From the NCBI GenBank assembly GCA_951406725.2, contig OX597815.1:50096001-50160000 (forward strand): a stretch of DNA of 64,000 bases, read 5' to 3'. The stretch is from Octopus vulgaris (lineage: Eukaryota). This document shows, piece after piece, positions 1 to 11,746 of the stretch (its first letter is position 1; every line of letters begins with the position of its first letter). The position numbers and the translations under genes were made by a program. Below the pieces are notes generated by a model, which made no database searches, had not been told where the DNA came from, and was given only the letters and a program-made list of their open reading frames with translations.

Positions 1-1572
1 ATTTATTTTAAGATTAAAAGGTGAATATAATAAACCACATTTATTAACATTTTATATATTTGTGTTTCTGCTCTGGAAGTATTCGCTCATAGATTAGTAC
101 ATCACTTAGGATGTCATAGATATGATTCCAGTCCACATTTTTATAATTAATAATCAGTGAAGCAAAACTTTGATTCTTGTGATTCAAAATAATACCAAAA
201 GAAGCAAGAAACCAACCCAATTTTCATCTTTAAAAAGTAACACACTGCTTAACAGTAACCCCAAAACTAACTTCATTGAATAACTATGTATAATATATTT
301 CCTAATATCATTTATAAGAGTAAGGTTTTTATAATGATTAATTCAGAAAGAAACCTTTGCAAGATATTATTAATCTCCACAACAGCACCTCCCTCTTCCC
401 CACCCTTACCTGCCACCTGCCACACTCATACACCAGAATCAATCCAAATACAGAATAAAAAACAATAATAAAACAATAAATCCAAATGAAGGGCACAAAA
501 AAAAGACCTAGTTGTAACTATCAGAAACACCATAATAAAAGATGATCAAAACTATTCACTTTGTTTATTAAAGTTGTTTAACCGGTAGAGTTGATTGGGA
601 TATTGGTGGTGATGGTGGTGGCTGCAGTATTGGTGATGGTGGTGGTGGTGGTGTTGCTGGTACTGGTAGCAGTGGTGGTGGTGGTGAATGCAATAGTGAT
701 AAGAATGAAAAATCTGTCGCATGCCACCTAATTTTGCAAGTGCAGTGGTTTTGCAATCCACCCTCGACACCCACACCCACCCACCCGACCCAGCAACACC
801 ATATCCGCTAATTTCAATGCTGTAGAATATTGCTACTTTTCAAATTTCCCAGTGTATAATCTTTTTATACATTTAATAGACATGCTGGGGCAACAATATT
901 AAAAAGCAAAAAAAAAAAAGCAAAAAACAAAAGCAAAACAATATAAATAAATAAATGAAAATAAACCTGCACAGAAAAAAAGAACAACAAAAGAGAGTGT
1001 AGAGAATAGCCAGCTTTGATGGCAATTACAAAAAGCAGTCACACATCACTACAGTTGACTGACTACACTAGCTGACAATAAACACATCAAAGCCTTGCAC
1101 AGAATAGGTGTTTAATAACTAACTTTGTCTAATTCTGTGTATCATATTTGTTGCATGTCAAGGTCAAAAACCAGGAGAGAAAAATAGGCAACAGAGGGAG
1201 GGAGCATCCACGCAGGAGACTTTAGAATAGAATAATAGAGTGAGGGATGATACACCACCAATTCTTATGACTGTGAAAAAAAAACTCCCCAAACCAAGCT
1301 GTCTACTATTTGTCATGGCTCATTCAAGAAATTGTATATATATGAAAAAACCAAAACAAAGCATTGTAGTAGAAATGAAAGGACTGGTGAGAAATTAGTG
1401 GGGTCTGTCTTATAAAGGCAAACAAATATATATATATATAAATGGCACAAAAAAGAACTAGTGATGATCTGTGACATTATCTAATTAATAATTATTAAAA
1501 AGGAAAATAGCACCAACGTGTGTGAATACAAACTGAGGGACAATCAATTAGAAATCCTACATAACTGAGAAT

Positions 1573-1605
<33 letters not shown>

Positions 1606-2795
1606 GGTGTGTATATTTCATATATGCATAGACACATGATTATGTGTAACATCATAACATCTCAGAAAATGCAGATAGAAAATGGTTATAAATTATAAAA
1701 TTCATATTTGCTATAGTCTCAAGCTAATTACATGTTGTCAGAGTAATTAGCAAGAATCTATATTTCAAATGGTTGGTTGCCATTGGCTAACAGTAAACCA
1801 GCAGAGAACAGTTTATAACATCATTGATAAATTTGCTATTTATTCAGACACTATAAAGAAGAATAAAAAAAAGTCTATTATGGATTGAATGGCTTTTGGT
1901 TAGAAAACCATTGTCTTTACCGATTCATTTCACTGGCTACTCAAGGGAGCATCTCAAGCTAATGATACATATAGATTTTGGTGGTATTAAACTGCTGCAC
2001 ACCACTATCAGAACAAGAACAACAACATGATATGCCAGTGCTGAAAAAAAAAAAGGGATATGTAAAGATTAAAAAGGGGGAAAAGAAAAGATGCACAAAA
2101 ACAAAACAAAATAATGAAATAAATATTTAAAAATAACAACCACAACAAAAGTAATAAAGAAGCAAGACGTGAGATTAGGCAGCAGATAAAAGGTGTCTTC
2201 ATGGTCCATTGTGCATATATTCAGCATTCATTAGCAATATTATCATTGTTAACATTTACATAATCAATTATATACCCCATGTCTTTTCAGTAAATTGGTC
2301 ATAACTTGTTAATATAAGGGTACAGCTAGATAAACTTGTGAAAGAAACATAATCAAAATATTAGTGAGTAAAAAGAATGGAGAAAATAGTTGAGTAGGTG
2401 GATGGGCATGTGGGTGGTAAACTGGTTGGATCTATGCTTGTGCAATTGACTATGTTTGCTACAGGAGAAAAAAAAGTTCAACTGAAAGATACTGAAGAAA
2501 AGCAGAATGACAGTTATACTTGCATAAATGAAGTTCTTGCATCAAACAAACAATAATATGAGGAGTTTCATTCAAAGTCAGTAAACCAGGAATGTTAAGT
2601 ATGGCTTTGTGGTAAAGCATTTAACTTAGAGTTGGACAGGCAAGTTCAGATCTTATTTGTATATCTCTCACTTCAGACTCAGAATTTAACAGGAAGAAAA
2701 TATTCAACAAATTATCTAAGGCAAATTATCTTGAATAGATAAGAAAACAACATTATATATATATTTGGTAAACAGAAACTGAAAGAAGCCTGCCA

Positions 2796-2853
<58 letters not shown>

Positions 2854-3284
2854 CGTGTGAATGTATACACACACACACAGATACACATACAGGGTATGAT
2901 GGATAAATTGTCAACCCTTTTATGTTTTTAATTTTGCACGTGTGCATTGTTTGTTTTTGATTTTGATTTTGTAGGGTCAGTTGGGCGCCATCTGTGAGAA
3001 AAACAGCACCATGGCACAATTCGCTCTGCCAGAAATTTGGAAATGACATGCTCAAATGAATTTGAGACAGAGATAAAAAAAAAACCAATTAATTACAGAA
3101 CAACTAATTGTTGAGATTCCTGTTCGTCCTGATGAGTGGAGTCATTGCCAAGATGCATCTTAACTCGTAATCGAACCATGGCAGTGACCTTCCGAATTGG
3201 ACATAGATGTGTTTGACTTGATTTTGTGGAACTTTTTTATGTTCCTGAACTACAATCTGCCGTGGTTTTTATGAAATGAACTTT

Positions 3285-3945
3285 ATCGACATATTTCGCA
3301 TATGCCTGCTCTGTCATATGACCCCGTGCTCACATCGAAAGCACCCTCTGTATCAGTAGTCTTGACCCACTCTGTGTTCTCACTGAAGTGTAAAGTCTTT
3401 CTAGCATGGAAGATTATGTCCTTATCTTGTGTACTAATTTCTATAAATTCACTTGCTATGGTAAGGGCATCATCTAGCATTCCTTAGAGATAGAGGCATA
3501 GAAATCATCAATATCAAATTGCATAAGTCTCACTTCATTTTTATTCCTAATGGCTTTAAACCAGTCAACGACTTCTATACTATTGGACCGTTGTACTAAC
3601 CTAGTAGCATTTCTAACTTTCACATTGATTTTTTTCCTAAAATTTCTTTACTAATCATACCAATTTCTGATTTAGCAGGGTTAACAAGCCTACATTTAGG
3701 ATTAGATAGGAAGTTCTTTTTATGGTCCTTGATCATTATAAAGGCCTCTTTTTTGGAAGGACCACAATTTTTTTATCTAATGTAAGTCTGGCGGCGATGA
3801 TGCTAGCTTCTTTATCAATTTCGCTATAAATTTGTGGCCTAGCTTTAGTGTAATCATTAATAATGTTGCGTAGGAGTCGTGAATATGTGCTGTTTTCTAC
3901 AAGGTATAAGTTCTTGGGTTTATCAGAAAAAAGGGCCTTTGTTTA
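3285..3945 (-). mobile_element. Penelope-like element (PLE) reverse transcriptase fragment, frameshifted pseudogene
   Basis: Manual minus-strand translation gives, in order, [60 protein letters not shown] and FHARKTLHFS...WVK...FDVSTGSYDRAGICE. These match the [18 protein letters not shown] / FDIxDFYPSI / FDVTMGSYDGAEICE signature of invertebrate PLE RTs. It is truncated before the catalytic DD. Confidence 0.85.
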
Positions 3946-3976
3946 ACGGTCATTTTCATAGCATTTTTGTTTGTCT

Positions 3977-4039
3977 TAATAACTGAGGAGATGCTGGAGC
4001 AGATTTCTACCCCGACATCCGAAACTCGGAGTTTTATTA
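3977..4039 (+). ncRNA. Minimal type-I hammerhead ribozyme-like motif in PLE terminal repeat
   Basis: TAATAA-CTGAGGA-GATG..CATC-C-GAAA-CTC-G-GAG-TT-TTATTA. Stem I TAATAA/TTATTA, intact CUGANGA and GAAA, stem II GATG/CATC with one extra C, minimal stem III CTC/GAG, GUU cleavage triplet. It is adjacent to the PLE RT, and the unit ends in (TA)n at about 4137. Confidence 0.7.
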
Positions 4040-4136
4040 TGGCAACTGAATAATTGTCACGTATTAAATTACAGATAAATTTCTCTATTTACATAATATC
4101 GAGGTCTCATTCATTCTTTTGTTGTCATTACAATTA

Positions 4137-4246
4137 ATATATATATATGTATGTATATAAATACATGTATATATATATATATATATATACATCATATATA
4201 TATATACATACATATATATATACATATATATATAAATACATATATG

Positions 4247-4279
<33 letters not shown>

Positions 4280-4345
4280 ATATACATCATATATATATAT
4301 ATATATACATACATATATATATACATATATATAAATACATATATG

Positions 4346-4417
<72 letters not shown>

Positions 4418-4426
4418 TATATATAT

Positions 4427-4497
<71 letters not shown>

Positions 4498-4510
4498 TAT
4501 ATATACATAC

Positions 4511-4541
<31 letters not shown>

Positions 4542-4568
4542 CATATATATACATATATATATATATAT
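4137..4568. repeat. Compound (AT)n/(AC)-interrupted microsatellite with higher-order duplication
   Basis: Directly visible. It is the source of the YI/HI-repeat ORFs. Confidence 0.95.
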
Positions 4569-4574
4569 CTAAAA

Positions 4575-4920
4575 AATTCGAATGGTAATTGTAGTTAAGA
4601 CACCAGTGCTGGTGACACGTAAAAGCACCGTTCAAGCATGGCAGTTACTAGCGTCGCCTGACTGGCGTCCGTGTTGGTGACATGTAAAAGCACCAACCAA
4701 TCATGGCTGTTTTGCCAGCCTGCACTGGCTCCTGTGCCAGTGGCCCATAAAAAACATCCACTACATTCACGGAGTGGTTGGCGTTAGGTAGGGCATCCAG
4801 CTGTAGAAACACTGCCAAATCAGACTGGAGCCTGGTGCAGCCTCCATGGATTACCAGACCCCGGTCGAACCATCCAACCCGTGCTAGCATAGAAAACGGA
4901 CGTTAAATGATGATGATGAT
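4575..4920 (+). mobile_element. 5'-truncated RTE-clade LINE 3' UTR (or RTE-mobilised SINE) with (GAT)n tail
   Basis: Ends ...GGAGTGGTTGGCGTTAGG..GGCATCCAGCTGTAGAAAC...CCAACCCGTGCTAGCAT..AAAACGGACGTTAAATGATGATGAT. A related tail is joined to RTE coding sequence at 43458-44032 and 51452-52205. Confidence 0.8.
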
Positions 4921-4989
4921 ATACAGACATATATATAAATATATATATACAGACATATTTATATATATATATACTTATAAATTCATATA

Positions 4990-5125
4990 CTTCAAATTTA
5001 TTGAAAAACAAAAGACAAAGACAGGTGTAGGAACAACAAGCAAGTGTATGAGTTTGATGCGTGGGGAAAATGGAGAAGTCTTTTAGATTTCAAGCCTATG
5101 CTCTCCAGAAAGGAATAAGAGGAAA
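4990..5125 (-). mobile_element. Decayed PLE-terminal-repeat-like unit with degenerate hammerhead
   Basis: Minus strand reads TTTCTGGAGAGCATAGGCTTGAAATCTAAAA, then a T-rich tail into TA repeats. Layout is similar to 29350-29522 and 35250-35430. Confidence 0.4.
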
Positions 5126-5774
5126 TAAATAGAGAATGAAAAAAAAGTGTAGAATTAAGTAGTTCAACACACACACACACACACAAACACACATAGAAAC
5201 ACACACACATAAATACATGACAGTATGAGCTAAGTCAATAGCAAAAACACAACCCTTCTTCGCACCTGCTTTATCCTTTCCAATTCACAAAGTTGTTTCT
5301 ACCTAAGGGGCTTGACATTCTAATAAGCTGTTTCAATTTTCTCTCGAATAAATCAATATTAAGGTCCCAGATTCTGAATTCAAATCCCAAAGATAACAAA
5401 ATGGGACAGTTATGGCCAGAAACTAAGCAAATTATTATATCCCACGTGTCATGCCTGCATTACAGATCCTGTACATCAGCTAAATATCATGCTAGTCTTG
5501 GGAGTGTTTTTGTTTAACTACTTCAAGTTTACAGAGTTTGAATTTTACAAAGATCAATGTAGCATTTCATTAAACTGAAAAGGATGAAATATATAAGACA
5601 TAAACATGAGAAATAGAGGAACTGTATATATTTCCAGTAAATATGTCATTCCCCAGATGCATTTGACTATTTCCAAGCTGCTAAGATAATTTTCACTGGA
5701 TTTACATAACAACAGTCAAACTCATCAATAGTTAATATATTTGCCTTCATTCTTGTAGTGTGAGCAAGATAGAT

Positions 5775-5807
<33 letters not shown>

Positions 5808-5907
5808 GACAGTATTTAAATGCTTGTATGAATGTGTGTGTATATATGTGTGTGTGTGTAAAAACATAATATATTACAGATAGATAGATAAACAGATAGA
5901 TAGACAC

Positions 5908-6245
5908 AGGTGCATAGTTCAGTTGTTAGAGTGTTAAACTCACAGTTATGAAGTAATGAGTTTGATTCCCAGACTGGGCTGTGTGCTGTGTTCTTGAACA
6001 AGATACTTTATTTCATGTTGCTCTGGTCCACTCAGCTGTAGAGGTCAGTTGCAACATCTTTGGTGCCAAGATGTATCGGGTTTTTGCCTTTCCTTTGGAT
6101 AACATTGGTTGTATGGAGAGGGGAGGCCGGTATGCATGGGTGACAGCTGGTCTTCTAAAAGCCACTTTGCCTGGACTTGTTCCTTGGAGGGTAACATTCT
6201 AGGTACAATCCCATGGTCATTCCTGACAGACTGGGGTCTCCACCC
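5908..6245 (+). mobile_element. tRNA-derived SINE, family D
   Basis: A-box/B-box-like head (TAGTTCAGTTGTTAGAG...GAGTTTGATTCCC), colinear along its length with the copy at 54886-55212. Confidence 0.75.
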
Positions 6246-6516
6246 ATTTTTTTTTTTTTTTGCATGCAGGCACACACACACATATGTTTGTAAGTATATA
6301 TACATTTATATATATATATGAGGTAGTTTTGCAGAATCATTGTGAGGTATAACTTTAAAGAATGTAGTTGTGTAAGGCCAGAACAATTCGAGACAAGACA
6401 AAGGCTCTGTGGTTAAGAAGTTTGTATACCAATCATTGGATTTCATTTTCTTTCTTACTGCATGCCAACTTAGGTAAGTGTGAGTAGAGTTGACAGACAG
6501 AAATGGAAAGAAGTTC

Positions 6517-6559
<43 letters not shown>

Positions 6560-7055
6560 TTATGGTGTAAATGTGTGTCACTGTCATACAAACAGTGTCC
6601 TTCATTTCCCATCTTCTGTGAAGATATGTTCAGCCATTAGCTTTCTTGGAAACAGGTGAATGTTGGCAACAGGAAAAGCATCCACCCATATAATTTACAT
6701 GCATAAATCCATATACATGACCTTCCTTGGAGGTGAGGGCATTGATACATCATACAGAGTGTTTTACACTTTTTAAGGTTTGACAAAATCCTCTCCTCTC
6801 CTGGTCTCTCCAGAGCCAATTCTTTCCTGAAAGTGAGAGATACAGACAGACACAGTGAGAGAAAGAGAAGAACCAATAAGAGTGCTCCTTTATTTATTAA
6901 TTCTGAAAGGATGAAAACCAAAGTTAACTTTGATGGTATTTGAACTCAAATCACAGAAAACTGCAATGAATAAATGAATGCTGCAAAGCAATCTATCAAA
7001 CACTCAAACAATTTAGCCATTTTGATGTCCTATCTATCTATCATTTTATCTCATC

Positions 7056-7139
<84 letters not shown>

Positions 7140-8473
7140 GTGCATACTTTAGACAACAAAAAATGAACAAAAATACTTACAGGGCAAAACATCATTTCAG
7201 TCAAAGTATAATTAATATAAATAAGATTAAGATGGAAAGGAGGAGCAGATAAAAAGACATAAAACAATAGCTATGGAAAATGATGATAATGATACTTAAT
7301 AAAGCAAATAATAAAGCAAAATGAAATCATAAAAATTGTGACCATTACAACTCTAATAACAGTCAGATGAGAAAAAAAATAAGATAAGAAAACTGGAGGA
7401 AGAAATAGTATAAAATCCAATTAAGTTTGACTGTGTGATATTGTCAGCCAGAATATTTATAGTTTGCTCCATAAGATCTTGAATTAAGTGTGGCAATCAG
7501 AGAAATGTATCTTTAGGATCAATAAAATGTCATCAGTGAAATGATTTTAACCAAAATCTTGAGAATTGTCAAATTAGAAGAAGCAAAAAAAAAAGGAAAA
7601 AGAAAAGATGAATCAGTAGAATAGCTTTAATTTATTAATAGTATTTTTGTTGTTTTTTGTTTTTGCTATTTTTCTTATCTCCTTTTCATTAAAGTCACAT
7701 GATCACATTATTGCCTTTTATGGGATAGAGAAGGGGGCAGAACCTAAGTAGAAAAAGAAAAAATGAAAAGTCAAACAAAGCAAAAAGAAAAAATAAATAA
7801 ATAAAACTGGAAAGTTACTTGCCATTTGTAACAGCAAATAGGATGAAAAAATAACATCTTAATGACATAATAAAAGATGAACTCTCACAAATATGGACAT
7901 ATTTATATAGAATACAAATTATCATTTTCTTTCTTTTTTACTTAGAAACACATCATGTCTCCTTTAAATGATTTTAGTTTTGTTTTTATTTTTTTTATTG
8001 ATCATTTTGTTTTTAAAATATCTTGTATTTATCTTTATTTCTTTAACATTTTTCAGTTCTCTACTGTTAAAAAAAAACAATAAAATATTTTCCCTACATT
8101 AACAACCACGCCAAATACAGGACTGTTGGAACTCTACAAGCTTCAATATATTGTCAGTATTTTATTGACTCTGGGAGAAGTCAATGAAAAATCAGTGATG
8201 CACTAATTTTAGCTTTTAATTCTAATTAACATAAGTAAGCACACAGCATATAGAGAAGCAGGATATTGCCAAAAATTCTTAGGTTTCATGACAACAAACA
8301 TGGCAATAGAGTTAAGAAACTTGCTTCACTACTGCAAGAGTGCAAACTTGATCGTACTGGGTGAATTCTATAACAAGTGTTTGATACAAAAACCATAGGT
8401 TAGCTAACAACTTGTGAGTGTAATTTGGTGAACAGGAAAACAAGATGCAAGCCACTTATATATTATCTATCTA

Positions 8474-8527
<54 letters not shown>

Positions 8528-8817
8528 ATTTTTTATTAAGCAGTTAATTACAGCCTTCTTTCAGCTTTGGTCCACTGGAAAAAATGATAGAAGCAGAAAG
8601 TCTCCATTCTCTGATTATCATTATTATCAATACTGTTATTTAATCTATAGAAACTGTGCAGTCCTGACTAGGAGAATCGGATTCATCAAGCAAGGAAAAT
8701 CACTAGTCTAGCAACTGATTGCTAACTCCGGTGTCACCAACAATTTAAGACAAAAACAGTAACCACCAGGATTACAAATCCCTTTGAGATCATTTTTGAA
8801 AATATCACTTTTGGAAA

Positions 8818-8887
<70 letters not shown>

Positions 8888-9370
8888 GAGTGAGAGAGCC
8901 GTGTATGCCATCAAAGTGACACTGGAGTAAAATATACGAAGCCCAATATACCCATCATGACTACCTGTCTGATAAGGGTACCCCAGGCACATGCATCACA
9001 ACCATATGTGCGCGACATGGTGATCTCATATCAAGATAAACAGCACATGACCTTGCAGGTGGGGCCCAGTTAGAATTTTCTTCAGGTTGAGTAGCCCATC
9101 CCACTCAAAAGGTCCCTGAATAAGGGTTGTTTAAGGATGTTGAAAGAACCACCCATGTTTCCAGAGGTGAATTATTCAAACCCCAAAGAATCCCTCTCAA
9201 CACATGGCTATGATGCTCCCCCACTACTTCTGCTCGTGATCAGAGATGCACATATCGTCAGCCACTAAGGAACATGGTCAACTGGTTACGGTCAAACAAC
9301 TGACAAGCAAATCTGTGATATTGAGCAGAATATTTGCTGTAGCCCATCTTTTATACCAAGACAAAACAAT
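8888..9370 (-). mobile_element. (AAT)n-flanked non-coding retroelement, 5'-truncated copy
   Basis: Highly similar inverted copy of 24209-24763, lacking its first ~70 nt. (ATT)n lies on both sides. Confidence 0.8.
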
Positions 9371-9379
9371 TTATTATTA

Positions 9380-9408
<29 letters not shown>

Positions 9409-9416
<8 letters not shown>

Positions 9417-9864
9417 CATAATGTTTGTTTTTATGTTCAATTATAATAAAAACAATTCTATAGTAATTTGAAGGGTTACTGTATGCTTTTGTAAAGAACA
9501 TATTTATTATTCCTATACAAGAATGGTGTTGGCAGTGACTTTGAAGTTTCACGCTAAGCAATGTGGCTTAGCTAGCCAATTTGACTGGGCCTGATGAAGC
9601 CTTCTGGCTTCACAGACCCCAGCAGAACCGTCCAACCCATGCTAGCATGGAAAACGGACGCTAAATGATGATGATGATGATGATGATGATGATTATTATC
9701 ATAATGTTTGTTTTTATGTTCAATTATAATAAAAACAATTCTATAGTAATTTGAAGGGTTACTGTATGCTTTTGTAAAGAACATATTTATTATTCCTATA
9801 CAAGAATGGTGTTGGCAGTGACTTTGAAGTTTCAGCTAGCTAAGCCAATGATGGCTTAGCTAGC
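9409..9864 (+). mobile_element. Short RTE 3'-end insertion (9577-9691) flanked by a ~165-bp direct repeat
   Basis: 9409-9576 and 9692-9864 are identical for ~140 bp and similar for the last ~25 bp. The insert is the RTE tail ending in (GAT)n. Confidence 0.85.
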
Positions 9865-9926
9865 TGAATCTTTAAAGTCACTATCAATAACAACCTATAA
9901 TAATTCTATACATATTGTACATTGGT

Positions 9927-9958
<32 letters not shown>

Positions 9959-9962
<4 letters not shown>

Positions 9963-10319
9963 AAACAAGTCAAAAATAGAAAATGCTAAGATAATTTTAT
10001 AGTGAATCTTTCAGTACCGGTTTCGGTCATTTTGAGACCTTTTCAACTGTAACGATTAAATAACTAAATTTAGAAAAATTAGAAGAAACGAACACACAAG
10101 TGCAAACAAGGGAGTCAGAGAAAGGCAGAATGCTACTTATATCTGAACACTACTACAGAAATATTCTTTTAAAAAAACTTTTCTTCTAATTTTTCTAAAT
10201 TTTTCTAAATTTAATTATTTAATCGTTACAGTTGAAAAGGTCTCAAAATGACCGAAACCGGTACTGAAAGATTCACTATAAAATTATCTTAGCATTTTCT
10301 ATTTTTGACTTGTTTTTTC
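9959..10319. mobile_element. Fold-back element, ~130-bp near-perfect inverted arms, each containing a hammerhead-like motif; PLE-derived
   Basis: Arms are 9959-10088 and ~10180-10319, with one mismatch and one ~10-bp duplication. (TA)n lies on both sides. A diverged single-orientation relative is at 23842-24057. Confidence 0.85.
10229..10266 (+). ncRNA. Minimal hammerhead ribozyme-like motif with U3:A8 variant core
   Basis: CAG-TTGAAAA-GGTC-tcaaaat-GACC-GAAA-CCGG-TA-CTG. Stem I CAG/CTG, stem II GGTC/GACC, palindromic ACCGGT stem III, GUA triplet. A mirror copy lies on the minus strand at about 10012-10049. Confidence 0.65.
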
Positions 10320-10353
10320 ATATATATCAACTCGTGTGTTCCTTTCCACCCTT

Positions 10354-10408
<55 letters not shown>

Positions 10409-11079
10409 CATATCAGAAAAGACGTATTCACCATGTAAAAAGGAAGAGGTTTACTAGTTTGGACTAGAGAAGAGAACCTCACTGATTTTATCCTATTCTG
10501 GATTTTTACCACACACACACACATACACACACAAACATGCATACATACATATGCACACATACATGCACATGTATATACCGTTTGTGAGAGTATCTGTTTG
10601 TGAGTATGTAGGCATGTATATAATGCATTTTAAATACCTTTTAAGCACCTATGGGATTTTAATGATTATTGCTTAGCTTTAGTTTCATGACATTCAGTAA
10701 ATGAGAAATAAATTTACCCCTGGATATGATGCCAGTCTATAACAGATAGCATTACCAGATGATCTGATATTTATTCCCAGCAGCTTGCTGAACTGACGCA
10801 ATGTGAAATAAAATGTTCAGCTATCGGCTACCCCAACCACCCTTTCCTCGAATATGCCTGCAGCAGATCTGAATTTAACAAACATGAGCAGCCCAATAGC
10901 TTACTCCTTTAACCCTGTCAGCTTTTTTACTCACCCTTCACACATACATATACATACATGCTTCTGTGTTTGTGTGTGCTTGTGTATAGTATACATTATT
11001 CAGTATAAAACAGGAAATAATTCCCTAAAAGTAAAAGTATATATTTAACATTATTCTTTTTGTTTGGCTTGTATGATGC

Positions 11080-11702
11080 TATGAAAATCTTTGCTGATCC
11101 CTTATCACTAGAGTGACTGATGCTGTTAACATCCTGCTCAAACCATTGCAAGCTGAGAGTTATTGGAAAAAACACATGTTAAAGGAAGTGCAGATGATTG
11201 ACATTCTGTGAAGAGAGGATGATTATGGACAGATCTGTCTTAAGACATGAGCATACTGGAAAGTTGCCTGGTAGGGTCTCACTGGTTTACAGGTCCAATT
11301 TTGATCAATGTAGGTTGTAACATACTGTCGATAAAAAAATACATTTGGGCCATGTGACCTGATTTTCCAGGGGACCTATGATGCTACTAATATGGCCCTG
11401 GGTATGGCAGTTAATGCAGGCCTTGGTTGGGATACAGTATGGTCAAGAAGTGGAAGAGAAATGGGTGAGCATGAGATTAGTCAGTTTCAGGAAATAGAAG
11501 AAGCCTTTATAGTCAAAGTAATCTAGATAGAAAGAAGTAAGGGCTATGTCTGGTTGGAGTGTTTTCGTAAGCAGCGTCAGATCAATCAGTCAAGTAGCTT
11601 TTTGTTTGTTGGTTTTTATGTTGTTTAGGATGTCTATTGTAACAACATACCAGATGTGGAAGCAATACTCCTTTATTGTCTCATGTGAGTGTGAAAGAGA
11701 GG

Positions 11703-11746
<44 letters not shown>

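Noticed and set aside
552-780. Pro-rich and His-rich ORFs
   Set aside because: Degenerate (CCA)n repeat open in two frames, with no convincing splice or start context.
4085-4635. Overlapping 137-147 aa YI/HI-rich ORFs (likewise 29462-29930, 51049-51703)
   Set aside because: Microsatellite read-through in several frames.
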